A stretch of 64,000 nt of DNA from the human T2T-CHM13v2.0 reference genome, Homo sapiens, in the NCBI RefSeq assembly GCF_009914755.1, contig NC_060930.1, one strand, 5' to 3'. Under the pieces are notes generated by a model that did no database searches, was not told the DNA's origin, and saw only the letters and a program-made list of their open reading frames with translations. Shown piece after piece: positions 46,673 through 60,519 of the stretch. The stretch's first letter is position 1. Every line of letters begins with the position of its first letter. A program made the translations under genes and the position numbers.

Positions 46673-48185
46673 TAAAGTACAAAACTACATTCTGCATACC
46701 ATAACAAGGGTATCATCTATTCCATAGAGATCACATTTGTGGTACATCATTTTCATTATATTAACTGTTTCGATGGATTGAAATTTTGTTCTACTTTCTC
46801 ATTACTATTGTCTGTTGTGGTTTCTTGCTCTTAATTTCTAGCCAAACAGTTATGGTAAATTAGTTTAAATATACTAGCCTTTTACAATTGAGTACTTTTT
46901 TACTTTTTCTTATTTAAGTTCATCTAATGGTTGTTCAAGTATCTTAGTCTTAAAAAACATTTACAGTATTACCTTGATTGCCAAGAACTGATTATAATTT
47001 AAGTCTCCTACCAGTACTTTACGATGAGTTTTAGTGTTAGGGTGTTTAGTGTTAAAAATAGGTTAAGATATCCTTGAAGAATCTGTTCAGAAGGTATTAT
47101 GTTGCATTTATATAACATGGGATTTTGAAGCCAGAAGAGTTGTAGTTAAGCACTAATTCCATAGTTTCTGGCTCTGTGACCTTTAGGAAGTCATTTAACA
47201 TTTTTGAGCCTTAATATTCTCATCCATGAATACAAATAATAATGAAACTTGACCTAGTCTCATACAGTTGTTGTGAGGATTGTATTTACTCATTCTACAA
47301 ATATTTATTGGTTCTACTGTGTGATAGGCACTTTTCTTAGCTGTGGTTCAAATAATCAAAATGGAAGTGAAATTACCCGGAAATTATGATGTGCTATTCA
47401 TATATGGCTCTAGGAAGTGTAGGTGTGGAACTTGTTATTTACTTGGTAGAATGGATTAGTGAACCCCCAAAATATATTCCACAAAGACTAGTTTTTCTTA
47501 TATTTATGATTCGTTTGGTGGAAAAGGTATGTCATAGTGAAAGAAGTTTTAGAAATACTGAATTAAAGATGAGCATTTTTCTTCACTTTAAGATTCAACA
47601 GGTTATTTTTGACTACCAAAAACAAACAAAAGGTGATAGGTCCCTTTAATCTCACTTTTATGAGTCTCAAACATTTCCCTGGCAGTCAGACAACCTGTAA
47701 TCTAATTGTAAGTGCTATGTGTGAAATACCTTGTGGAGATTCCTTTTCTCTGAGACTTAAGCTTTATTACTTGTAAAATGGCAAGATTGAACAGGATTTT
47801 TAAGCTACAAAGTTTAGTGAATATGTGAAAATTAAGCAGGATTTGGTTCCATATAATGACTCTGCGGTTATTTCCTTTCAGTGGGCCATAGATTCTGCAT
47901 CTCTGTATGGTACATCTAGGAGTAAGCTGTTTCTCTTTTGGCTTGTTTCTCTCCCATGGCAGATAGGGTTTCATTACTTAGGAGGGAATAACTTCGACAG
48001 TATTGGCATGGCTCAGATTCTTACCCTGAAGCACTCATCTTGGTTTTGTAATTTCCTGGGCCAGGGCCTCACAGGACCTCCCCTGTAGCGCAGGGTTGAG
48101 GGTGATGTGTTGCAGAGTAAGATTTTCTGTGATTGTCAGCTTTACCAGAATCAGATGGTTTCCTAAGGAAATGGAGGTGCTAGAC

Positions 48186-48382
48186 CAGGGGTGCCTTCCT
48201 ATATTAGAAGGAGGAGAATTATCTAGGACCACGCATAAAATACACTAACACTAATGATAGCTGATGAGCTAAAAAAAAAAAATGTCATAATGTTTTAAGA
48301 AAATTTTCTAATTTGTGTTGGGCCACATTCAAAGCTGTCCTGGGCTACATGTGGCCTGCAGGCCATGGGTTGGACAAGCTTG
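48186..48382 (+). mobile_element. MER30 (hAT-Charlie MITE)
   Basis: cagggg...aatacactaacactaatgatagctgatgagct...ggacaagcttg; 8-bp TSD TGCTAGAC at 48178-48185 and 48383-48390. Confidence 0.93.
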
Positions 48383-49220
48383 TGCTAGACAGTCAAAACC
48401 CATAGATTTTTATTATAGGAAATGATATTTTAAATTTAGTTTCTGAAGCTTATTCATCAATGTAATCAATCTACTTATCAAAAAGTAAACCAAGATTGGG
48501 GAACTTTTATTCTGTTGAAGGTCACTGAGGGAAAAATAAAATTCAAATTCACCTAAGTACGTCAGCTTAATATGTTAAGGATGAGACGTGTAAAGAATTC
48601 CATTAATCTGCTTTTAAGATTCACCTGAAATCTAAAACATTCAGTAAATAATAAAATTATACCTCAGTTCCTTATGATTCATCACAAACCTTTCCCCAGT
48701 TTATGTATTTGAAAAGACTTACCAGACTCCACAGAGCATACTCAAACAAGACCATGATTTAAAGGCGAAGGATATGATACAGGAGGAGAAAGAGAATGCA
48801 GGCAGGTATTCTGAAACATCCCTCCCCTATGTGAGCTCCCAGTGAGCACTTACACACGAGGATTGTGCTGAGTCCACCTCGAGTCACCAAGATCTGGCTT
48901 CTGAAGAGCTCCAGAGAAACTCTCAGGAAGGCCCTTGTAATGATCAAGCCAGTCTTGCTAATAAATCAACTAGGCCGTTTGCCAACCTGCAGCAAAACTA
49001 TACACTGGTGGTTACCAGGGAAGTTTTGGGCCTTAAACAACACATCATAAATCCCACTGTCCTTTTCTTGGCCAAAAGTAAAAAAACAGATGTTCAGGGG
49101 TCCAAGTCCAGCCGTAAATCAACTTTGTACACTCATTTAGGAGGGAACAACCCTCCTCCCCATTGCAGACTAGTATTATTAGCAATGTGGCTCTTCAGTT
49201 TGTCTTTTTATTTTCTAGAA

Positions 49221-49538
49221 CATCACTGTCCAATAGAAAGGTAACGTGAGCTGCGTGTGTGATTCTAAATTTGCTAGTAACCATGTTAAAAACAGTAAAA
49301 AGAAACAGGTAAAACTAATTTTAATAACATATTCTTTAATCCCAAATATGCAAACTATTAGTTCATGATGTAATCAACGTATAAAATTGAGATATTTTAT
49401 TCTTTTTTTGTACTAAATCTTTGAAATCTAGTGTGTATTTAGCACATCTTAACTTGGACTAGATACATTTTACGTGTCCCGCTGTCCGTGCATTTTGAGT
49501 GCACGGTAGACTTACGGCTACCCTATTGGATAGCCACG
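49221..49538 (+). mobile_element. MER33 (hAT-Charlie)
   Basis: tgtccaatagaaa...gtaaaaagaaacaggt...tactaaatctttgaaatctagtgtgtattt...attggatag. Confidence 0.82.
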
Positions 49539-49659
49539 CTAGACTGAGAACATAACTGCAGTGTAACAAGCATAACACTTAAAATATGTTCCTCATCCTA
49601 ACTGGCAAAATTAAAACTTTAGAAAGCAACTGTTTTTGTCAGTAATCTTTATTCATTTT

Positions 49660-50440
49660 TAATGAATCTTTATTCATTGAATAAACATTGAGCACCTCCT
49701 ACCTACCAGAGATTAAATACTGAAAATATACTGTCCTGAAGAGCTCATCATCAAGTGAATAAAAATGATCTATAAACTGATAAATATAATACATTGTGAT
49801 AAGTGCTGATAAAGGCATGTATAACATGATATGGAAACAAATAAGTGGTGACTGGTTTTGGGTAAAAGGTGTTGGACTATTTCACAAATTCAGGGTATAT
49901 GAACTTGGTCTTAAAGGATGATACTGGTGGTATAAGGTAGCAAAGAGCAGGGCAAAGTTATCTTAGAAGGCACAAAGGCACAAAGACATAAACAAAAGTG
50001 GGGTGTTCTTGGAAAACTGCTAATAGTTTAATATGACCAGAGTTTAAAACGCCTTTGGGCAAGTAGCAGGAAGTGAAAACAGAACCATGTACAGAGGCAA
50101 GATTATATATCAAAGTATGATAAAAAGTTTGAACTTCATAATGGAGACCTAGTAATTGAGTTTATAGTGAGAAGCATTAAGTTTACATCTTAAAAATATC
50201 ACTTTAATGATAGTACATCAGGTGGGCTGGAGGCAGAAGAGGGTGGCTAATTAGGAAGCTTTGCATTAATAAATAATGGAGATTTTATTAGAGGAAATGG
50301 GAAGAAATGGACATGTATGAATGAAATTCTGGAATTAGAATCAATAGGACTTAAACCAATTATTTGAGGCTTGGTGGTTTGAGGGGTGGGGAAATAGGCC
50401 ATAGTAAGAAGGAGAAATCAGATGTGGCATGGAAGTTTAT
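49660..50440 (-). mobile_element. L2 fragment
   Basis: attcattgaataaacattgagcacctcct 3' end followed by purine-rich L2-like body. Confidence 0.65.
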
Positions 50441-52300
50441 GTGAGTTATTAAGTGAGGTTTTATAATTAATCAGATCTTTTAACTGACTGGTCAAGGTAG
50501 TTCACGGATAGTTAAAAGAACAAGCACGTATTTTTGTTCCTCTGGTGGCATGGCATTTAAGAAGTAAAATGACACCTAGTGGTGAAATCCCCTAAATGTC
50601 TTTCCATTTATATGTGCTTAAAATCATGGGTAGTACCTTATTATTTGATTTGATTTAGAAAATGCTTAGCCTAGAATTATAGATGAATAAATAAACCTAT
50701 CTAGACCATAAGCAGTAATCAGAGACATTATTTAAAACATCTTGGTTGGAAAGATATCAGAATATGCAGACCAAGGATTTGTTGGGTTTTTTTCAAGCAA
50801 AATTAATACAGGATGATCACTCTAAACACTGCAACATTTTTCATTTACAGAGAAAATGAAACTACTCTATTAACATCCTCTCAGAGGGACAGAAGTAAAA
50901 GTTAACTTCTAAAGGAATAGAAATCAGACTGACTTAGACTTGTAAGTCTGAATGTTAGAACACAATAGAGCAATATCAAGGGACTATTGAGCAAGAAGAA
51001 AGTTAAGAATTTTGTACCTAGCCAGGTTTTTTGCAAGATATAGAAGCTCAGGCTTGGAAGCGTTTAGCAAATACCATCTAATGTCCTTTAGAATTTGTTC
51101 CAACCTCTGAAAGATTGATGTTGAATATTGAAGTAAGTTAAAGGAGTTATTTCTGAATAATTGTTTCACTTCATAAAACAAAATCATGTTTGAACCTAAA
51201 TGTAAAATTTGTGTCTATAATTCTAAATTCTGTCAGCCTGACTCTCCCACTAGAACTCTGCATGGTAGAAAGAGGATAAAAGCCAGCTGACCTTCTTCAG
51301 AGCAAACATTTAAATTTTTTACTGAAAGGTCATATACATCTCTATATAGATTGGAATAGAGGTTGAAGTTCTTAATTTATTCCTTGTATAACACAAGGGA
51401 CTACTTTTCAGATTTAAGCCTCCTTTTTTCGATACCTTTTATTTTCCTTGCAATTCTCTCTCCCACCTCAACAATCCTTTCCTTTCTTCTGGCAGTTCTT
51501 TCCAGTTCCTTGGTCACTTCTGTCACTTCTTGGTTCCTGTAAATTGGGCTGCTAGAGATTCAAGATTCCCTGTACAACCATTTCTTCATAAGGAGGGGAA
51601 AGGGATTATTCTCTAGGATCTTAAATTAAGACAGGATTCAATGTTCCATTACCAGTCAGTGTACAAGTATATATTTATAAAAATTTAATATGGGTGATAT
51701 TTCATACTAGTGAGGAGAGAATGATGGTTCAATAAATTGAGCTGGCAAGTAAATATTTATGTCAAAACTCATCTGATTGTACACTTTAAGTAGTGTACTT
51801 TTGTTTAGCAGTTATAGCTCAGTAGAGCTATTAAACTAGCACTCAGATGATTGATAGCTTATTAATTATTAAGAGGAAAATGTCTTCCCTGTATCAAAAT
51901 ACACATCAGAAAATAATTAATGTAATAAATGAATCTATTCTAAATTATAAGAAAAAGCAGATTTATGTGATTTTGGTGTGGGGAAGAACTTTCCAAGCGT
52001 AAAACCAAAGAGGGGAGGGACCAAAAAGACGGATAGTTTTTTTCATACACATGTATCATTATACATAAATGAGATCCTATCATACCAGTTCCTTCTCCCT
52101 CAGCCTTTTCCCATGTTAGCAGCCCAATCTCCTTTCTTGTCCCACCAGGTAAGCTATGTCAAAAATCTTACAGATATTCTTCTAAAATATAGGTATTTCT
52201 AAAATCATGTGTATTAACACATACACACAAATAAACATGAGATTATTTTTCTGATCATTGTTTTACAAAAATTAGGATTATGTTAGTGTTTTTGCATCTT

Positions 52301-52848
<548 letters not shown>

Positions 52849-53910
52849 TTTTTGCATCTTAATCACTGTACTTTAGGAAGATTCCTCCAAATGTTCTGGC
52901 ATTTCTTTTATGTTAATGGCTGTGTCAGAGCCAGTTGTTTGTATCACAACTTATTCAGCTATTTCAAATTAATGGGCATTCCCTTTGTTTTCATTTCTTA
53001 AACATTGCAAATTATGCTGCAGCTACCATCTTTGTACATATGCCATAGGAATTGGTCCTTTTGTTTCTATGGAATAAATACTTCAGAGTACAATTTCCAC
53101 CCCGAAATATTGAAGTTTTATTATTTCTAATAAATGTTCTCAAACCATTTTTCAAAAAAAGCTATATTCTTCAGATTTCTACCAGCCATGTATGAGTATC
53201 CCTTTTCCAGTGTCCTTGCCAGTGATAGGTGTTATGAGTCATTTTACTTTTTTTTTTTCTTCCTGTTTGCTCAGGATCTCAAAGTCGGCCAGAAATGAGT
53301 GACTGGGGCCTTCTCCTTTCCTCACTCTTTCCTGGGCAGGCAGCCTTTTAGACCGCCATGAATGTGTCTAGTTCTCGGAGCTTTTCTTTTAAATTTCTGC
53401 CTGAGTTCCATTTGCCTCAACTGAAACTACAGCCTTAGGCAGCTGTAATACTTCCAACAGATTGCTATTGTTCTGGAATGCCCTGGGGGTAGGGATTTTT
53501 GTCTCCCATATTTGAGGTCTGTGTCAAATGAGATAGCCACAGCACTTTGGGAATAGAGTTCCAGGGAGCTGCAGGTTCACACAAAATGTTGATTGTGCTG
53601 TAGCAAAAGTGGTTTTAACAGAGCTCCAAGAAAACTTCAGTCCTCTCTGTTGGCTGATACTACTGCATTTTCATGGCTAGCCTACCACTGAGCTGGGTAG
53701 CTAGGGGATAGAAATAGACCTTCCTTAAAAATACCACAGTCCCCTGTCCCCGAACCCCTCATGTTACTGAAGTTCAGTAGTATCTATTGGGTAGATGATT
53801 TTTCATCTTGTTAGTGGCTTGGTCATTCTCCAGAGTTTTAAAATGTTTAACTTTAGTTGTTTTAATAGTACTTTCATTTTTGTGGGAGAGCAAGTTCATC
53901 GAGGTCCTCC

Positions 53911-54554
53911 TGTTACTGGTGGCATATATCTGAGTTACCAGTAGTATATCTGTATGGGTCTGCAGTAACCTCAATTCTTGCCTCCTCAGAAGAAAGAATT
54001 CAACTGAGGAGCATAAAGAAAAAAAGAGACCAAGGCAAGTTTCAGAGCAGGAGTGGAAGTTTATTAAAAAGGCTTTAGAACAGGGAAGAAACACTTGAAA
54101 GAGATCCAGGTGGGCAACTTGGAAAACAAGTGCAGTGTTTAACTCTGACCCTAGGACTTCATAGGCTTGCCCCTTTCCCATGATTCTTCCCTTAGGGTGT
54201 GCTGCCCCTATGTGTGGTGCCCTCCTTACCCTTGGTAGGTGAACACGTGCAGTGTGTTTAGGAATTCGTACACACGTCCATCTGAGGCTTCCCTCTGTTT
54301 TCCAGTGGAGTGCCCCCCGAAGGTCATACTCCACCATTTTGTTACTTACTGCCCATGCCTGGGAAGTTGCGTCTCCCTGGCGCTTGCATTCAGTTAACAC
54401 TTTAGTGCAGCAGGTGTGGACCATCAGGAAATGGGTTCTCCCTGGCGCCGGCTGCCAATATCACTTTTAGTGAGGCAGTGTGATAATTGTCAAACCATCA
54501 TCTGACATTTCTAGAGCCCTCTCCTGCCCCACTCATGCCTACCTACCTATGATA
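53911..54554 (-). mobile_element. MER50-family ERV1 solo LTR
   Basis: gggtctgcagtaacctcaattcttgcctcctcagaagaaagaattc...tttcagagcaggagtggaagtttattaaaa...gagccctctcctgccc. Confidence 0.82.
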
Positions 54555-55212
54555 TTCACTGTATCATCTTGGAAGTTGATCTTTTTGGTAGTTTCCCTAG
54601 CCATTCATAGACATTTAGTCTACTGGGTGAACTTTAAGATCGCTTTGTCCAAATTCAAGAAAAGCTGTTGAGATTCTAATTACATTACATTTATAAATTA
54701 ATTTTGGAAGAACCGATATTTTAGGATTTCATATTTTCTTAAATTGCAACATATTAAGGCTGATAGACTTGATTATTTAGATGTGTATTTCTGTACAATT
54801 TTTTTTAATTTGTAGGAATTCGCTAGGGAAAATATTTGCAACATACATGATTGACAGAATGTTAATAAGCCTGGACAATAAAATTTATTTTCTAATACAA
54901 GGAAGATGACGTAGAAGCATTGATAAAGAACAGCAAGCTATTTTTTAAAAGAAGTATACATGACCAGTTAGGGATCCAAACACATCAGATTAAAATAAGT
55001 TACTCTTTTTATTTAACAATCAGCAAAAAGAAAAAAAAAAACATTGCTAGGGGAGGATATGGCAAAATACGGTCTTACGCTGCTGATAGAACTATAAATT
55101 GGCACAACCTATCTAGAATAAAACTTTACCCAGATATACTATATGCCAAACAATGTTTGTCACCAGGGATACCACAACAGAAAACAAATACACTAAAAAT
55201 GTTCGCTTTCCT

Positions 55213-55519
55213 GGCCGGGTGCAGTGGCTCATGCCTGTAATCCCAGCACTTCAGGAGACTGCGGCGGGCAGCTCCCTTGAGCCCAGAGTTTGAGACCAGC
55301 CTGGGTAACATGGTAAAACCCCATCTGTCATCTCTACAAAAATTTTTAAAAATGTATCCAGACATGGTGGTATGCACCCGTGGTCTAATTACTTGAGAGG
55401 CTGAGATGGGAGGCTCACTTAAGCCCAGGAGGTTGAAGCTGAAGTGAGCCATGTTCATGCCACTGTACTCCATCCTGGGCTACAGGAGTGAGACCTTGTC
55501 TCAAAAAAAAGAAAAAAAA
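55213..55519 (+). mobile_element. AluJ (Jb-like)
   Basis: Diverged dimeric Alu with A tail and degenerate TSD aaaaat..t.gctt.cct. Confidence 0.9.
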
Positions 55520-56387
55520 TTTGCTTGCCTAGAATTTACATACATGCCAGTTAGGCAAACAATAAACAAAGAAGGTAAATATAAAGGATACTAGAATGTG
55601 ACAAGTGCTATGGAGAAAAAATAAAGCTGTGAAAGAGGGTAAGAGGTGTTAGGTTAGGGGTGAGTGTCAGGAATTCCTCAGACCATTCCCAAGTTAGGTG
55701 ATTTGCCAGAAGAAGTATTATAATGTGGACAGTGGTTAATCTCTGAAATATGGGAAATAAATGTTTTATTTTCTTTATTTTTTACTTTTCCATAGTTTCT
55801 ACAGTGAACATGTAGAAATAGATAACTGAAATCAACATTTTAAAAAATAATTAGAATTCTTTGGCAAAATGAGTCTCTGACACATTTTATAGAGGTTGGT
55901 GTATTTTAGCAGTCTTTTGGGTATTACAGTGGATGTATTTACTTAAGGAGAATAAATATAAATGATTTTATTAGCATACGGCTTAATATTGCAGCCTGTC
56001 ACACTGGGGTGAAAATGTGATGTAGATTTATTTTTCTCAAATCTTGCTGTTTTAAAATGAATTCATTTAGCAAGTTGAAATTCTATGTTGCTTATCTGCA
56101 ATTAAGAACATTGGAAAAACTATCAGTTTCTCCTGCTAGAATTTTGTCACATAAATGTTCTTACTAAGTTATTAATTATATTTGCTTTTTAGCACTGAAT
56201 TTCAAACGGTAACTTTGCTTGATCATTTAAAAAATATCTTACTGTGTATTAAATGCCTCTTTCAGAATCACTTTAAAATGTTTCATGGTGGATTTCATTA
56301 TATTTCACTTTCATTTTATAAACTATCAATGTAAGAATGTAGAGTAACTTAGAATTTTAGAATTTAATGCAGGAAAATATATTTTAG

Positions 56388-56466
56388 GAAAACAGTTAAA
56401 GGATGGGAAGAAGCCAGAACCATGCAAACCTATCCTCAAGGTGGAATTCAAAACGACTAGATCTGG
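56388..56466 (+). CDS. STXBP5: STXBP5 coding exon (likely exon 9), 79 nt: KQLKDGKKPEPCKPILKVEFKTTRS(G)
   Basis: attttag|GA acceptor, GG|gtaaga donor; phase 1 to 2 continues the frame; PCKPI motif typical of Lgl/tomosyn. Confidence 0.95.
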
Positions 56467-57203
56467 GTAAGATTTTACTTCATTGCCAATGTTCATTGTA
56501 TATAAGTCCTCAAATAGCATGGAAGGCTATTTTATCATTAATTTTGAAGGCCTATTTTAGAATAGTCTACACCATTCTTAAATTTTATGCTTTTTTTATT
56601 TAACAAAAGAAGTAAAATTGGTAAATTTAGGATAAAATACTTTTTTGTGTTCTTGTCTTTAGTAGTTTTACACATTATCTTGGAAAGTTTGAATTATTTT
56701 TCCTGTTAAACTTCGTGCCTTCTCTAGATCAGTCTTCAGTAGCAATAGTGTTTATTCACTAGTGATCATTGTGGAATAAGCAATGAAGAAAAAAAGATTT
56801 AAAATTTAACTTATTTTTACTATATATGTTATGAAAGTTATATGTATTCTTCAGAAATTAAATCTTATATGAGTATCTGCCAATTATGAAAATAAATACA
56901 GTTTAATATTAAAGGGAGTTTGTTGGTTGTAGTTGAAGACATTGATTGTCACTATATGAATTACATATGAAAATTAGATTGCTTAAACATTTATATATTT
57001 TATGTATATTTTTGTGTCAAATGTTAGATTAAAAAATATAAAGAAAAAAACATAAAATATCTGTGAAGATTCCACATCTCTTTAACTTCTAAAAGAAACT
57101 CTTTTATTTATGTTCTAGTTCCCCAGGAAAAGTATATGGTTTTATTTACTATGGCTTTTATTTGCTATAGCTATGTTGGACAGTGAGTATATATAGTATA
57201 GTG

Positions 57204-57385
57204 CAGAGGTTCTGAAATTGTGGTCCCTTTGCCAACAGCATTAGCTGAGAACTTGTTTGAAATGCAGATTCTCAGATTCCACCCTAGATCTACTGAATCA
57301 AAAACTCTAGGGTCGGGACCCAGCAATCTGTGTTTTAACTAGACCTACAGGAAATGCTGATGCACTCTAACATTTAGAAACACTG
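57204..57385 (+). mobile_element. MER5A
   Basis: gaaatgcagattctcag...ctactgaatcaaaaactct...cccagcaatctgtgttttaac. Confidence 0.88.
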
Positions 57386-58230
57386 GTGTATTTTTTGTAT
57401 ACCAGTTTATAACCACTGGATATTACAACTGGCCCACTCACTTTTTAATCTCCCCTCCCATTTCAATTCAACTCATTTGAGTAAAGGTACCAGGCTAAAA
57501 TATATATATAAAAATGTCGTTATCTTTTCCTTCCTTCTTTTTAGGGTTTGTTGAGATCCAACAGATATATTCCAACAATAGCTATATTCCAACAATAGAT
57601 TAAATGAACTCTAAGAGGTGTATCATCTGTTTGACTCTTGCATCCTTCATTGTGTGACCTGTAGCATAGTTATCTGACTTCTTTGTGGTTCATTTTCCTC
57701 ACTTATGACATAGATGGATAAAATGTCAGACATTAGTTGTTTAATTGAGATGATAATGTATGTAAAACATTTCAAGCAGTTTCTGGTATATAATAAACTC
57801 TATAAATGATTGAGAAGCCATTTTTTTAAGGAAATCCCCTGCCACCAATTGATTTTTATTTGTTACATTTGTCCTATGGCAAAGGAATTAAAATAGGAAA
57901 AGCATGGTAGCAAAGAAAGAAAAACAGGAAGAAAATCTGAAAAAAAAAATCTATGATTATAATACAAAATGAATTGGCTAAATATTTAAATTAATAGTGA
58001 CTAATTAGGTTCTATTCTTATCTAGTTATTTTAACAAATATTGACTGGCAACAAAGGCAGCAGTTCAGGGAAGATTTTTTCCTCTGTGCTTCACCTGTTC
58101 CAGTTTTTACTCCTAAATAATGTTAATATTTATGAGTTCAGGTTTCTTCAAGATGGCAGTAATACTTTTCCTTTCATAGAATTAGAAATGAAAATTTAAA
58201 ATGTTGCTCTTTTGTAGGCATTTGTAAATA

Positions 58231-58568
58231 CAGTCATCCACTACCTAATAGCATCATGATCAGTGGTGGACTGTATATACAATGACGGTCCCAATAAATT
58301 ATAATATTGTACTTTACTGTACCTTTTCTATGTTTATATACACAAATACTTACCATTGTGTTACAGTTGCCTACAATACTTAGTACAGTAATATGCTATA
58401 TAGGTTTGTAACCTAGGAGTAATAGGCTATACAATATAGCCTAGATATGTAGTATATCATCGAGATTTGTGTAAGTTACACTCTATGATGTTCATACAAT
58501 GACAAAATTGTCCAATGATGCATTCCTCAGAAGGTATCCTTTGTTGTTAAATGACGTAGTTATACTGT
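58231..58568 (+). mobile_element. Tigger3a
   Basis: cagtcat start; ends homologous to the Tigger3 at 6802-8127 (tactgtacctttt, tgtgttacagttgcctaca, ctctatgatgttca). Confidence 0.87.
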
Positions 58569-59514
58569 TAACTGGATCAGTAAGATCACCATTTTGTAAC
58601 AGTGTTCTCTACTTTCTCAATTTCTTTTGTCACCTAAGATGGGAAATTCAGTAAATTCAACATATTCTTCTTTTCTCTCAGTCCCTGGCCTCTTTCCTTG
58701 AAATAGCTTTCCACATTATACTATGCAGCCTAAATCGAGAACTGTGCTACCCACTCCAGCTAGAGCAGAATCAGCCTCTATTCATTAAGCTGGGCAGCAC
58801 TCATCTTTTTCCTGTTCCTATCAGGTATCATAAGCAGATGCCAACAGAATGTATTGTACAGTTCCTTTTGGCAAGTTACCAAATTTTATAAAAAGCCATC
58901 CTTTTATTCTCAGGGTCTTCTACATTTTCTTCTCTTTGCTTAGAAATAATTTGAGGTGGATTCCCTACCATCTTTTGTGGCTCAGCAAAAATATGCAACC
59001 TTAAAGATACTCTAGCCTCATTGGCCAGGTTAGGTCCTCCAATAATATACTCTCAAAACATGCAGTACTTTTTCTTTCTACAACCCATACATATCGTTAG
59101 TAATGAAATTGTTTATTGAATATATGTCACCCACATTAAACATTCACCTCAGTGAAAGCATGGTGGTGCTGAATGTGAAGAAGAAGATAGGCAGGTGTAT
59201 TGAAAAGATAGTGATAAAGAGCTAACTATTAAAAGTGCTTAGTTTAACTCTGAGGCAAAGGCAAATTCTGACAAAAAATGGAATTGAGATGTTACATAGC
59301 TTTTATTTTCTGATGAGATAAAGCAAATAAAACTTAGATCTGGAGAAACCAGATGTTCTCTAGCATAGGGAAATAAAGTATTTTAGTGGCAGTTTTATTA
59401 TGGAACCAGTTCTTTCTTTATAAGAAGTTAGAAATTAAATGTTAAGTCAATTCCATTGAAGTTGTTTCTTTGAGAAACTAATGTGAATCAGGTATGAAAT
59501 CCCATGGTGAATGG

Positions 59515-59720
59515 CAGTCAGCACAGTGTTGTGTGAACTCCGGAGTCAGACTGCTTGGGTCTGAATCCCACCTCAGGTGTTTACTCATTATGTAATCTTA
59601 GGCAAACCAAATAAGCCTTCTCTGCTTGTTGCTTTATCTGTAAGATGGGAATAATAATATTGCCTACCTCATTGAGTTGTTAAAAAATTAGATAAATATA
59701 TAAAGCACTTGTAACGTGCT
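59515..59720 (+). mobile_element. MIR
   Basis: ggagtcagactgcttgggtctgaatccc...atctgtaagatgggaataata...cctacctca core. Confidence 0.8.
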
Positions 59721-59989
59721 CTTTATACCAGTTGTGTCACATACACCACTGGTATATGTCTCACACATACTGGTTGTCTCAGATGTTTGATTACCTCTGA
59801 CAAACACCTAAAATGCAGTTGTTCACTTATCGTGCTTCCACAAAGCAAGTGTACAAGTGGCAAGGTTAACCAAATTTTATAACTGAAGAATCTAGTATTC
59901 CTTCCTAAATTGAGAATCATATTTATCTGAAAGAGAAAGGCTGTGATTTAAAAAAGTATTTTAGTCCTTTTTGATGTCAAAAAAAATTT

Positions 59990-60222
59990 TTAGATATCAC
60001 ATATGATGGTTCATTAGTGGGTTGTGAAAATAGTTTTGCCAGTTGTGACCATCAATTTCTAACTTATAAACTAGAATAGGAAATAGAGAGCACTGCATAT
60101 TTTAAGGGTAAATATTGATTCATGAAATTTTATTCAGTGGTATATATTTGTCTGTATACTGGATTATGAAGTAAAATGCACTTCTTCCTATGGGGCATTA
60201 TTAAAATATTTGAAAGTCCCTG
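59990..60222 (+). mobile_element. hAT-Charlie MITE (MER112/113-like); related antisense fragment near 26290-26417
   Basis: cattagtgggttgtgaaa...aagggtaaatattg...tttgaaagtccctg pattern. Confidence 0.55.
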
Positions 60223-60249
60223 ATTTAGTAGAAATAATTGGTGATTTGG

Positions 60250-60440
60250 ATTATTAGACTGGGGTCCAAATCCCAGTTCTGCCACTTACTAACTGTATTA
60301 TCTTTGGTAGGTTACCTAACCTCGCTGACCTTTTTACCTTACCTTAATAAAACAGAGACAATAATTCCCACTTTACAAAATTCTTCATGAAGGACTAAAT
60401 GAAATAATATATGTCTGGCACATTATAGGTGTTTGATAAC
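60250..60440 (+). mobile_element. MIR
   Basis: tccaaatcccagttctgccacttactaactgt core. Confidence 0.75.
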
Positions 60441-60519
60441 TCTAGTTTCTTTTCATTTCTACTTTACACTTTTCTTTTCACTAGTAGACTATATAAGAAG
60501 GTGTCAGTGGGGCCAGATT

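Noticed and set aside
53774-54424. Longest ORF in the track (216 aa, - strand) as a novel gene
   Set aside because: Lies almost wholly in a MER50-like LTR and runs into L1 sequence; no recognisable domain; non-ATG start
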